From positions 49,384-113,383 of the IMG/VR virus record IMGVR_UViG_3300014204_000128: a stretch of 64,000 bases of DNA; one strand, written 5' to 3'. The notes under the pieces were generated by a model. The model was not told the DNA's origin. It saw nothing but the letters and a program-made list of their open reading frames with translations, and did not search any database. Positions 19,187 to 28,351 of this stretch are shown in pieces. Numbering within the stretch: position 1 is the first letter of the stretch; every line of letters starts with the position of its first letter. This stretch comes from a virus (taxonomy: Duplodnaviria; Caudoviricetes). A program made the translations under genes and the position numbers.

Positions 19187-19831
19187 ATGAAAGCAAAATT
19201 AAATGATCTAATGGTAGTCAGGGATCTAATGAATAGCAAGTTAGATTCAAAGAATAAGAGATTCTCGTATGCTCTTGAAAAGAACATAACAAAAGTAATA
19301 ACATTAGAAAAACACGCAAAGAATAGGGTGTACAAGTTGCCTATATTCGCTGATAGTGACGACTTCAAAAAGTTCTACACCAGTTTGCAGAAGTTAATAG
19401 AACAGCATGCTAAAAGAGATGAAGCAGGGCATAAACTGTATGACAGTAATGACAATATCATTACAAATGATGTCACTTTATACACTGAAGCACTTAAAAA
19501 TTTAAGGGAATCAGAACAAAAAGGGGCAGCAATATTCGACAGAAGAATGGAGGCACTTAATACCATGGGTGAAACAATGGTAGACATAGAATTCAAGCTG
19601 CTGCTGGATGAAGACTGTATTCCAGAAGACTTCAGTACACGAGACAGGATGAATTTCAGGTTCATGATGGATAGCTCACTCATACCTTCTGAACTATTCG
19701 AAGAAGTAAAGGAAGAACTGGCAGAAAGTCACCAAGTTCAGGAAGACGTACCAGAAGTAAAAACGGAAGAAAGTGTCGAAGAGAAACAGGTAAAAGTGAA
19801 AATAGCAAAGAAACCAATAACTAAGAAATAG
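19187..19831 (+). CDS. hypothetical protein
   Basis: 214-aa helical protein with an acidic/basic tail. Confidence 0.7.
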   Translation: MKAKLNDLMVVRDLMNSKLDSKNKRFSYALEKNITKVITLEKHAKNRVYKLPIFADSDDFKKFYTSLQKLIEQHAKRDEAGHKLYDSNDNIITNDVTLYTEALKNLRESEQKGAAIFDRRMEALNTMGETMVDIEFKLLLDEDCIPEDFSTRDRMNFRFMMDSSLIPSELFEEVKEELAESHQVQEDVPEVKTEESVEEKQVKVKIAKKPITKK

Positions 19832-19834
19832 ACT

Positions 19835-20509
19835 ATGGCTTTGAATGTTAATGTAGATGTGTTTTCGAATAAGGATATACGTGAAGCAGTAACAGTAATT
19901 AGAGACGTAGCAAGCAGAAGGAAACTAGGTATACCCAGATGGGACAATGTCTTAGACATGTACCCATACTCGGGTACTGTAGTGATACCGGTTAAGATTG
20001 GGGCACGTGTCTTCAAAGAACCATTTTATTTCGTAATAGAAAAAGTAAACGATAGAGAAAGTCTGCGTATAAAACCAGTAAAGGGAGACCAGTGGTCACT
20101 TGGTGACGTGTATGGTTTCTTTGGTCTGTATGATTTCTTTGATTACACTCTGGATATGCCTATACTAGTCGTGGAAGGTTTAAGTGATTGGGCTGCTGTA
20201 AAGCCTTACTACAAGTACACACTCTCATCATTATCGGCATGGGTCGGTTACAGACAGTGTTTTTTCATAAGTGGTATTAGTAGCAACATATTCCTGGGGT
20301 ACGACTTGGACGAAACAGGGGATAAAAACAAGAACAGGAATAGTGAAACACTAAACAAGATGGGTGCAAATGTAGGTTTCTTGCAGCCACCACAAAAGGA
20401 CTGGGGTCACATGTTCGAAAGTGATTTCGGTAAGATGCTTTTAGAAAAAACAATGTTAGGTTTCATGGAAAAAGTAAACAGTATAAACAGGAAAATATTA
20501 TACAAGTAA
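19835..20509 (+). CDS. TOPRIM-domain protein (primase-like)
   Basis: ILVVEGLSD and LGYDLDETG TOPRIM motifs; KDWG. Confidence 0.75.
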   Translation: MALNVNVDVFSNKDIREAVTVIRDVASRRKLGIPRWDNVLDMYPYSGTVVIPVKIGARVFKEPFYFVIEKVNDRESLRIKPVKGDQWSLGDVYGFFGLYDFFDYTLDMPILVVEGLSDWAAVKPYYKYTLSSLSAWVGYRQCFFISGISSNIFLGYDLDETGDKNKNRNSETLNKMGANVGFLQPPQKDWGHMFESDFGKMLLEKTMLGFMEKVNSINRKILYK

Positions 20510-23500
20510 TGGGTAGGACAGATGAATCCCTAAAGGGGTCAAGAAGCGAAAGAGAAGTACTTTTACAAAGGTTTGAAGGTACGGTCATAGAATCAATACT
20601 GGTACACAACAGGTCAGACAAAGCAACTGACTTAACTGTTGAAAGAAGGTACGATAATGTTAAGGAAACAAGGGAAGCATTCCTAGATGAATATATAAGT
20701 AAGTCGGGGGACTTGGAGAACATAGCTGACATGGATGAGTTTAAGCAGCAGTTCAGGTCAGGCTTCGAAGGTTCTCGGGGTGCTGGGAAGACACTCTCTC
20801 GGTTCTCTCAGAACATTTGCAGGAACGTGATACAGTTCTACACGGAAGAAGGTGATACTATAGTCGACCCGTTCGCTGGTCATAATTGTTTAACACAAGA
20901 AGCTCCAGTAATATCTAAAAGAGGGGTTATTCCAATAGAGGATATTGTAGTTGGTGACTTTGTATTAACACACAAGAATAGATTCAGAGAAGTTATAGGT
21001 ACACAGAAAAACTATGGTGGTGATGGTGGTAAACAATTCACAATAGCAGGCAATATGGTTTTGCCAATAACTGACAACCATCCTATGTGGGTATATCAAA
21101 CAGAACTGTGTCCTTACTATAGAAATGATAAAACACTAGTTTCTGGTAAACGTTGCTTAAAAGAATGTTCTATAAGTAAGAATAAAGAAAATCTTGTACG
21201 TATTAAAAAAGGTGACGTTAATTATAGGGGAGGGGATAGACGTACTAGTATGTGTACTAAACCATTTGAAAATTACAAGGCTGACTTTAAGTATGCAAAA
21301 GACGTAAAAGTAGGTTCATACATTGGTTTTCCTATAGACTCTGATATTATAGACACTGAATTTATACTCATTTCTGATAAAACATGGATAGGTAGCAATA
21401 CTAAAATACAGGGGGACTATATTGTTACTACAAAAAAAGTAAATAATAAAATACTCATAAATGAAGAATTTATGAGATTAGTTGGTTACTTTATAGCAGA
21501 AGGAACTGCACTAGGATCTTTGACGTTTTCTTTTCATAAAAAAGAAGTCGAGTATAGGAAAGACGTTATGTATTTACTTGACAAATGTCTAGGTATGGAC
21601 AGTAGCGAAGAAATAAATGATGAAACAAACACAGGTTATGTTATTTCTGAGAACTCTGAAGCAATCACACGATTTTTTAGAGAAACATTCGGTACACATT
21701 CATACAGTAAAAAGTTACCGGAATTTTTAATGAAGTTGCCAAAAGAAAAACAAAAGGAATTCATACTCGGTTACTTTAGAGGTGATGGGCATTTTAATAC
21801 AGAAACATCCCAAAGGGTAGCTGTTACGACATCACAGACGTTAGCACTTCAATTAAAAATACTGTTACTTAGATTAGACTTGATACCTAACACAAGAAAG
21901 GTGCCTTTTGAAAAACAAAATAGTTACAAAATTAATGATAAGTGGGGAATACAATCAAAACATGATGCATACTATGTATACGTGTCAGGATCTGATATAA
22001 ATGTTATAGATAAGATACTTGGTAATAAACACGATGTTATTTATAAAAATAAATTTAATACTTTCGTAAAAGACGGGTACGCTTGGTATAAGGTTCTAAA
22101 GATTAAAGACCATGATCTATCACAGAAATACGTATATAATATCGAAGTAGATGAAGATAATTCATATACATTGATGCAGGGTTGTGTACATAATAGTAGA
22201 ATGGAAGCAACGTATAGGACGAACCGCAATTACTATGGGCAGGACTTATGCCACGAGTTCATGGAAGACAATAGGAAGGTACGTGATATGCTATTGGCTC
22301 AAAACAGTGGTAAACTATTCATGAAGCCAAAAACAACAGTGATAGATTTATCTGAAGGGGACAGTCGGAAATTGCCTTGGGACGATAACTTCGGTGATTT
22401 CACGGTCACAAGCCCACCGTATTGGTGTCTAGTACCTGAAACTCATATATTAACAAAAAGAGGTACTATTGAAATACAAGATTTAAAAGAAGGGGACTTT
22501 GTTTACACACATAATGGGAGGTGGAGAAAAGTAAAGGGTGTTTCATTTAGAGAAATAGACGATACAATCACACGTATAAAGGTAAAGAATAACAGTACTC
22601 CACTAAATTTAACAGATAATCATAAGTTACTTGCATTAAAAACAAGTGTTTGTGCATACTTTAAAAAAGACAGTGTGTGTAGACCAAATTGTGGATATCT
22701 AAATAATGGAAACTGGGAAAAGCATAAATGTACAAAAAGTTGTGAAAACTATACACCAACGTTTACTCTGCCTACAGAACTAACACGTCAACATTATGTT
22801 GCTGCTCCTATAGACAGAACTGTGAATAAATCTGAAAACATAATACTCAGAAAAACAGTAGCAAAAAATAAGTATGATTTTACTCTTAAAAATGATATAC
22901 CAGTAACTAAGGAACTAGCAAGGTTCATAGGTTATTATATAGCAGAAGGGTCAAGTGTAGAAGGTGGTGTAGATTTGTGTTTTAATAAAAACGAAGTAGA
23001 GTACATTGAAGACGTTAAAAATCTATTTGAAACATTGTTTGGGATAAGTCATGTATACTATCATGAGCAAGTAAATGCTGCACATGTTGGGGTGTACTGC
23101 ACTCCACTACAAGAGTGGTTAAATGTAAATTGTGGAGAAGGTTCTCTAAATAAAAAAGTGCCAGACTTTTTATTACATGAAGAATTAGAAATTCAAAAAG
23201 AATTAATGCTTGGGCTTTACAGTGGTGACGGGTGTGACTATTCTGAAGGGTATAATTACTCAACAGTTTCTAAGACACTGAAAGAACAAATAAAATTCAT
23301 TCTATTAAGGTTTAATATATCTCCAACAATGGGTCACCAAAAAGGTGGTTACAGGAATATACTGGGAAGAGTATGTTACACTAATACATCTTATAGTTTG
23401 AACGTAATAGATAAAAATGGAATATGCCTGCTTGACAATGTACTTGGAAGAAAACATCGTAAAGCAAATATAGGGACTAATTGTTATTCACAGTCCTTTA

Positions 23501-23985
23501 TAGTCAATGACTACGTGTATTACAGAGTTTCTAAAGTAAGTAAGATACATTATAAGGGTAAAGTTTATAATTGTGAAGTAGAAGAAGACAATAGTTATAC
23601 TACAGACGTTTGCACAGTCCATAATTGTTTAGAAGACTATGGTCCAGAAAAGGAACAACTGGGTTACGGGATGAACCAGACATACGAGGAGTTCCTAGAT
23701 GGGATGCAACTAGTGTGTAATGAAAACTACAGGGTATTAAAACCAGGAGCTTTCTGTATTTACTTTATCAATGACTTTCGTAAGGATGGGAAGTTCTACG
23801 ATTTCCACGGTGACATGAAGAATCTATTGGTGAACTCTGGGTTCGTGTATCATGATTTAATAATAGCAGATTTGGGGCCAAGTCTCAGGTCTGTATTTTT
23901 AGCAGCTGCTTTCAAAAGTAAGGTATTGCCAAAGAGACATGAATTTGGGGTGGTGATGAGAAAACCATTATTGAAAGGGAAATAG
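20509..23985 (+). CDS. DNA amino-methyltransferase (SPPY, N4-C/N6-A) interrupted by two inteins; ~322-aa spliced product
   Basis: Extein motifs VDPFAGHN|S, GDSR, TSPPYW|C, RVLKPG, KRHE. Confidence 0.9.
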   Translation: MGRTDESLKGSRSEREVLLQRFEGTVIESILVHNRSDKATDLTVERRYDNVKETREAFLDEYISKSGDLENIADMDEFKQQFRSGFEGSRGAGKTLSRFSQNICRNVIQFYTEEGDTIVDPFAGHNCLTQEAPVISKRGVIPIEDIVVGDFVLTHKNRFREVIGTQKNYGGDGGKQFTIAGNMVLPITDNHPMWVYQTELCPYYRNDKTLVSGKRCLKECSISKNKENLVRIKKGDVNYRGGDRRTSMCTKPFENYKADFKYAKDVKVGSYIGFPIDSDIIDTEFILISDKTWIGSNTKIQGDYIVTTKKVNNKILINEEFMRLVGYFIAEGTALGSLTFSFHKKEVEYRKDVMYLLDKCLGMDSSEEINDETNTGYVISENSEAITRFFRETFGTHSYSKKLPEFLMKLPKEKQKEFILGYFRGDGHFNTETSQRVAVTTSQTLALQLKILLLRLDLIPNTRKVPFEKQNSYKINDKWGIQSKHDAYYVYVSGSDINVIDKILGNKHDVIYKNKFNTFVKDGYAWYKVLKIKDHDLSQKYVYNIEVDEDNSYTLMQGCVHNSRMEATYRTNRNYYGQDLCHEFMEDNRKVRDMLLAQNSGKLFMKPKTTVIDLSEGDSRKLPWDDNFGDFTVTSPPYWCLVPETHILTKRGTIEIQDLKEGDFVYTHNGRWRKVKGVSFREIDDTITRIKVKNNSTPLNLTDNHKLLALKTSVCAYFKKDSVCRPNCGYLNNGNWEKHKCTKSCENYTPTFTLPTELTRQHYVAAPIDRTVNKSENIILRKTVAKNKYDFTLKNDIPVTKELARFIGYYIAEGSSVEGGVDLCFNKNEVEYIEDVKNLFETLFGISHVYYHEQVNAAHVGVYCTPLQEWLNVNCGEGSLNKKVPDFLLHEELEIQKELMLGLYSGDGCDYSEGYNYSTVSKTLKEQIKFILLRFNISPTMGHQKGGYRNILGRVCYTNTSYSLNVIDKNGICLLDNVLGRKHRKANIGTNCYSQSFIVNDYVYYRVSKVSKIHYKGKVYNCEVEEDNSYTTDVCTVHNCLEDYGPEKEQLGYGMNQTYEEFLDGMQLVCNENYRVLKPGAFCIYFINDFRKDGKFYDFHGDMKNLLVNSGFVYHDLIIADLGPSLRSVFLAAAFKSKVLPKRHEFGVVMRKPLLKGK
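20887..22194 (+). mobile_element. intein 1 with LAGLIDADG homing endonuclease (436 aa)
   Basis: Starts CLTQEAPV; block B ITDNHPM; LVGYFIAEG and GYFRGDG; ends VYNIEV..CVHN followed by Ser+1. Confidence 0.93.
22426..23625 (+). mobile_element. intein 2 with LAGLIDADG homing endonuclease (400 aa)
   Basis: Starts CLVPETHI; LTDNHKL; FIGYYIAEG and GLYSGDG; ends VYNCEV..TVHN followed by Cys+1. Confidence 0.93.
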
Positions 23986-23986
23986 T

Positions 23987-24535
23987 ATGGACAACATATT
24001 CGGTAATCCAGAAAAGAATAAGGTCGCATGGAAAATCTCGGGGCCTTGGGCACGTAAGAAGATAAACTGTGTAGCTTCTGCTATAGTTAACGGATGTGGT
24101 GGCTGCTGCTGCTCACGAAAGGGGTGGGACACAAGAAACAAGTGGCCAATAATGTCATTCGGTGACGGGACTACATGTGATCACTTCGTTGCTGGTAGTG
24201 GGTGCAGGTTATCCCTGGAAGAAAGACCCATAAAGTGTATACTGTACCCGTTCATACTTAACGAACAGAAGACATTGGTTCTGTACGGTCGGGCTTTGCT
24301 ATGCTGCAAAGCAAACTATAACACGCAGGATAAATCAGTATTCGAAATATTTGAAAGTTCATTCACCAGGTTATTTGGGAAAGAACAATATGACAGGGTA
24401 TACAAAGACATTATAACAGATGAAAAAGACTCTAGTATATTCTACCCATCTGAAAAACTGGTACGGGTAGAGGCAGATGAAACAGTTAGGGAAAAGAATA
24501 ATGATAAACCAAAAACATGGTCAGAATATGAATAG
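23987..24535 (+). CDS. YkgJ/FliB-like CxxCxxCC cysteine-cluster (Zn or Fe-S) protein
   Basis: C..GCGGCCC, C.HF....GCRL..EERPIKCILYPF. Confidence 0.7.
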   Translation: MDNIFGNPEKNKVAWKISGPWARKKINCVASAIVNGCGGCCCSRKGWDTRNKWPIMSFGDGTTCDHFVAGSGCRLSLEERPIKCILYPFILNEQKTLVLYGRALLCCKANYNTQDKSVFEIFESSFTRLFGKEQYDRVYKDIITDEKDSSIFYPSEKLVRVEADETVREKNNDKPKTWSEYE

Positions 24536-24707
24536 TAAGACACTATTTCTTTTTTATACAGTATTGATTATATTCATGGTAACATCTGAATTTACACTAA
24601 CAGTGTTTCCATTCGGAATAGTAATTGAAAACGGATATATGGGAGCAACTGGTTCTATACTTTTTATTCAGTTGTGTGACTTAACAGGTATAACAAATAG
24701 ACATTGA
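24528..24707 (+). CDS. small membrane protein
   Basis: Hydrophobic ORF; ATG at 24528 overlaps the upstream gene end. Confidence 0.45.
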   Translation: MNSKTLFLFYTVLIIFMVTSEFTLTVFPFGIVIENGYMGATGSILFIQLCDLTGITNRH

Positions 24708-24708
24708 T

Positions 24709-25215
24709 ATGAGAGACGTTTATATCGGGTTCGACAACGGTGCTACTGGTTCTATAGGTATAATCAACACGAAAACAAATCTCGTTTCATTCCAAGGTGT
24801 TCCTGTGGTTACAGCACAGGACTATACACAGGTTAAGAAGAACATAACAAGAATAGACAGGAAAGAGGTTCTATCAGTTTTAAAGAAAGCAATACCAAAG
24901 GGTTCATCTACTTTCTGTATATTAGAAAGACCAATGATCAATCCATCACGCTTTAATGCATCTATAATAGCAGCACGGGCATTCGAGTCAGTCCTAACTG
25001 TTTTGGAAGAACTGGAAATACCTTACGAGGTAAAGGATTCTAGGAATTGGCAGAAAGAATTGTTGCCAGTTGGTACCAAGGGAGAGGCTGATTTGAAACA
25101 GGCAAGTTTCGATGTAGGTCTCAGGTTATTTCCATCATTACGAGGTCACATCATTAAACAGAATGAAGCAGATGGAATATTGATAGCTGAGTGGGCTAGG
25201 AGAAAAAACTACTAA
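24709..25215 (+). CDS. RuvC-like Holliday junction resolvase
   Basis: YIGFDNG, ILERP, W.K, EADGILIA. Confidence 0.8.
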   Translation: MRDVYIGFDNGATGSIGIINTKTNLVSFQGVPVVTAQDYTQVKKNITRIDRKEVLSVLKKAIPKGSSTFCILERPMINPSRFNASIIAARAFESVLTVLEELEIPYEVKDSRNWQKELLPVGTKGEADLKQASFDVGLRLFPSLRGHIIKQNEADGILIAEWARRKNY

Positions 25216-25240
25216 GATGAATCATACTTAAAAAGCAGCG

Positions 25241-25438
25241 GTGCTTTGCCAAATGAATGACATTGAAATATGCATTCACAGGGTAAATAATGCTATAAGT
25301 CAGTACAAGAAATACATGCTAGTATGTTTTCTTTTAGTTATAGCGATTGCTTTTTACATGGCATACACACGTAAACTTCACTGTAACCATCATTTCGAAG
25401 AAAATGATTGCACGGGCTTTCATTGTAATACTTTATAA
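25241..25438 (+). CDS. small membrane-anchored protein
   Basis: One transmembrane segment, MLVCFLLVIAIAFYMAY. Confidence 0.45.
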   Translation: MLCQMNDIEICIHRVNNAISQYKKYMLVCFLLVIAIAFYMAYTRKLHCNHHFEENDCTGFHCNTL

Positions 25439-25446
25439 TAGAATAT

Positions 25447-25860
25447 ATGGAAATAAATTCAGGTAACTACGTTGAGAACGTAAGGAGAACAGAACCTAGG
25501 GATTATACTCAGGTAAAGGAAAGACTACAAGATGAGGACACTATAAAGTTACTGCATGCTGCTCTAGGTCTGGTAACAGAGGCAGCAGAGGTTGCTGACG
25601 TCCTAAAGAAGCACATCTTCTATGGTAAACCGATAGACAGCGTAAATCTTAAAGAGGAAGTAGGTGATGGTATGTGGTACGCAGGGATAGCTATAGATGT
25701 ACTCAGGACAACTATGGATGATGTTCTATCATGTAACATTGAGAAACTACGTAAAAGATACCCTGATAAGTTCAATGTTCATGATGCACTGCACAGGGAT
25801 AAAGAAAATGAAATGTCTCACTTTAAAACAGGAACAAATGAAGAAAAAATTAATGACTAA
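25447..25860 (+). CDS. MazG-like NTP pyrophosphohydrolase
   Basis: GLVTEAAEVADVLKK, LKEEVGD..WY, NIEKLRKRYP. Confidence 0.9.
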   Translation: MEINSGNYVENVRRTEPRDYTQVKERLQDEDTIKLLHAALGLVTEAAEVADVLKKHIFYGKPIDSVNLKEEVGDGMWYAGIAIDVLRTTMDDVLSCNIEKLRKRYPDKFNVHDALHRDKENEMSHFKTGTNEEKIND

Positions 25861-26371
25861 AAGTTGCGCTCGGGATATAGCAAGGGCAATGGTTAAGGCA
25901 ACAGTTAAGGAAAAGATAAAAGAGAAGAGACAGGAACTAGATAACTTCGTTAAAGAAGTCATGGAAAGGCATTTCCCTGAAGGAACATACAAATCTATTT
26001 GCTCTATAGATCAAGCATGGTTATTCACTAGGGGTAATTTTTATTTTAAATATGGTTCTCTAGCTCTGGTAAGTATCTACTTGTTAAAAAACATACCATT
26101 CAAGTCTGGTAAAGATTCTGTTATCGTTGTGAGTAAGGAAGACTACGATAAACTATATGATATGAACAAAGTCATACAGAACATGGACAACGAGGATGAG
26201 CTCATGTTCAAAATGGTAGTAGAAACTTTGTGCAGGTTGAAGACAGAAAAGAAGATAAAAGAGCAGTTACCAGAGTGTATGCCATATATTCCAACTGACT
26301 TCTTTAAAGTGTCAGAATTGCCAGCAGTACAGACTACTGAATTAACCAAATTACTCACTAAATACAAGTAA
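25853..26371 (+). CDS. putative Nmad5-like (nucleotide-modification-associated) protein
   Basis: Likely start ATG 25853, overlapping the MazG stop. C-terminal L..LKTEKKIKEQLPE motif resembles Nmad5. Confidence 0.5.
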   Translation: MTKSCARDIARAMVKATVKEKIKEKRQELDNFVKEVMERHFPEGTYKSICSIDQAWLFTRGNFYFKYGSLALVSIYLLKNIPFKSGKDSVIVVSKEDYDKLYDMNKVIQNMDNEDELMFKMVVETLCRLKTEKKIKEQLPECMPYIPTDFFKVSELPAVQTTELTKLLTKYK

Positions 26372-26373
26372 GA

Positions 26374-27504
26374 ATGATACAATATCTAGAAATTCTATCA
26401 GAAGTCCTGCAAGAAGGAACTGAAAAAAGTCCAGCACGCTCTGGTATGCCAAAGACTATCTCAAGGTTCGGTATAACTAAGAGATTTGACTTATCAAAAG
26501 GTTTTCCACTAGTCACTACAAAACAGGTCAGCTTTAAGAATATAGCACACGAACTAATACTGTTTCTAAAAGGAGACTGCAATATAAAGTACCTTGTTGA
26601 CAATAATGTCAACATATGGAATGAGGACGCATACAAGTGGTACGTTAATTTTGCTAAAGATAACGGGGGTGAGGAGCAGAACTGTATAATGCATGACAAT
26701 GGTGATGGTACTGTTAGAATGCTATTACTAGATGAATTCATCCAAAGAATAAAAGAAGTAAAGTCAAAAATTAACTTGCCAATATACTGGTTATCTGATA
26801 GAATGCAGGAAGAGCACGGGTGTATTTGTTATACATTAGGAAGTATAGGTAAGTCATACCCAAAACAATGGAGGAATTATACAGGGGTAGTCGAGCATAT
26901 GGAACAAGTATATGATGTAGACCAGATAGCTGAAGTTATCAGAAGACTAAAGGAATCACCTGAAGACAGATACAAGGTGGTCTGTGCGTGGAATCCTTCA
27001 GAATTCAAGGACACGGCACTGCCTCCCTGTCATATTCTATTCCAGTTAAACTGTAGGCCACTAAGTGATGATGAAAGAGCAGAATTACTAGAAAACAAAC
27101 TAGGTAGGCCAGTAATGGAATACGACAATGTTGAACAGGTTCATAAGTGGTACACAGAAATTCCTTTGTATAAGTTGGATTTAGCAATAACTCAAAGATC
27201 TTGTGACTCTGTACTTGGTGTTCCATACAATATCGCATCATACGCATTACTCACCCATATATTCGCTCACTTAGCAAACATGGTTCCAGGAGATTTAATA
27301 TGGACGGGTAATGATGTTCATATATATGAGAATCATATCACACAGGTATCCGAACAACTCTCAAGAAAACCTTTTAATTTGCCAACGTTATTGATAGATA
27401 AAGAACTAACATCTATAGACGATGTCAAATTAGAACACTTTAGAATAGTAGGGTATCAACATCATGAAAAGATAGAAGCAAAACTATCAACAGGTCTAAG
27501 ATAA
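26374..27504 (+). CDS. thyA: thymidylate synthase
   Basis: FPLVTTK, IWNE, YPKQWR, ALPPCH, QRSCDSVLGVPYNIASY (Asn indicates dUMP specificity), DVHIYENH. Confidence 0.95.
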   Translation: MIQYLEILSEVLQEGTEKSPARSGMPKTISRFGITKRFDLSKGFPLVTTKQVSFKNIAHELILFLKGDCNIKYLVDNNVNIWNEDAYKWYVNFAKDNGGEEQNCIMHDNGDGTVRMLLLDEFIQRIKEVKSKINLPIYWLSDRMQEEHGCICYTLGSIGKSYPKQWRNYTGVVEHMEQVYDVDQIAEVIRRLKESPEDRYKVVCAWNPSEFKDTALPPCHILFQLNCRPLSDDERAELLENKLGRPVMEYDNVEQVHKWYTEIPLYKLDLAITQRSCDSVLGVPYNIASYALLTHIFAHLANMVPGDLIWTGNDVHIYENHITQVSEQLSRKPFNLPTLLIDKELTSIDDVKLEHFRIVGYQHHEKIEAKLSTGLR

Positions 27505-27528
27505 AAAGTTAAAAGCTTTTTATATATT
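27503..27528 (+). promoter_or_regulatory. putative late promoter
   Basis: AAAAAGTT-N9-TTATATATT. Confidence 0.65.
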
Positions 27529-27565
27529 ATTAATCAATAGTATTATAAATTTTATAAAAATAACT

Positions 27566-28105
27566 ATGAGTAGAAGAATGGATATGTTCGACAAATTTGT
27601 CGAAGGACAGTACAAAGACAAGACGTTACAGGAAGTGATGGGTCAAGATTTCGCTTACGTACAGGTAAAAGTACGAACAAGAGAACTCGTGCTATCTCAA
27701 ACAGCACAAAGAACATTTGATGGTCTAACTAAAAGTCCAAAAGTGCAACAGAAACATATTGTTGTTGAACATGAAATACCTGGGGGTACTGAAGTACCAA
27801 ATGGTGCTGAAAACGAATTAAAAGAAATAAGCACAGAAGGTACTAAATTAACAGGAGGTACAGTAGAAGTCATAGGTGCTGAAGATACTGTAACTGAAAA
27901 CTCTCAGGTAACAAGTGTTGAAGATATTAACATTACTGCTGAAGAAACTGAAAGCAATGACACAACTTCTGAAACTACATCTAAAAATAGTGAATTAGAA
28001 AGTTTTGAAGAAGTAGTTGGTCAAGAAGAGGACGATATTGTAACTGATGCAGGTAAAAGCAATGTAACTAATACAAAAAAGAAAGAGGCTAAACATAAAA
28101 ACTAA
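27566..28105 (+). CDS. hypothetical protein with acidic low-complexity C-terminus
   Basis: N-terminal FVEGQYKDKTLQEV motif; E/T/S-rich tail. Confidence 0.7.
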   Translation: MSRRMDMFDKFVEGQYKDKTLQEVMGQDFAYVQVKVRTRELVLSQTAQRTFDGLTKSPKVQQKHIVVEHEIPGGTEVPNGAENELKEISTEGTKLTGGTVEVIGAEDTVTENSQVTSVEDINITAEETESNDTTSETTSKNSELESFEEVVGQEEDDIVTDAGKSNVTNTKKKEAKHKN

Positions 28106-28116
28106 AAAGTACTGCT

Positions 28117-28296
28117 ATGGCAAAACTAACTTACAAAGAATTCTTAGATAAAAAAGGATTAAATGACGATACCGATGTTACACGGGACATGTATAATGTC
28201 TATGTAAAAGAGTACGAAAGTAATCACAGGAAAGAAGAACCAAATTTACACGATCTTCATAAGTCAGGTAAAATGCCAGGACAGTTATTCGGTTAA
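28117..28296 (+). CDS. hypothetical 59-aa protein (below ORF-track cutoff)
   Basis: MAKLTYKEFLDKKG...MPGQLFG; lies between the 27566 gene and a terminator. Confidence 0.6.
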   Translation: MAKLTYKEFLDKKGLNDDTDVTRDMYNVYVKEYESNHRKEEPNLHDLHKSGKMPGQLFG

Positions 28297-28304
28297 AAAT
28301 AAAT

Positions 28305-28331
28305 AAAGGGAGTTCAAAAGACTCCCTTTTT
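28305..28331 (+). terminator. rho-independent terminator
   Basis: AAAGGGAGT-loop-ACTCCCTTT followed by T. Confidence 0.8.
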
Positions 28332-28339
28332 CGTATAAT
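28330..28339 (+). promoter_or_regulatory. putative middle-class promoter (TTCGTATAAT)
   Basis: Identical to 13442-13451 and likewise directly after a terminator. Confidence 0.5.
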
Positions 28340-28351
28340 AAAACAAAACAT

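Noticed and set aside
25697-25852. ORF-track start of the Nmad5-like gene
   Set aside because: It overlaps MazG by over 150 nt; ATG 25853 gives normal translational coupling.
26374-27504. ThyA as a dCMP hydroxymethylase for modified-base synthesis
   Set aside because: It keeps the Asn specificity residue and canonical ThyA motifs, and no supporting glycosyltransferase or kinase is in the window.
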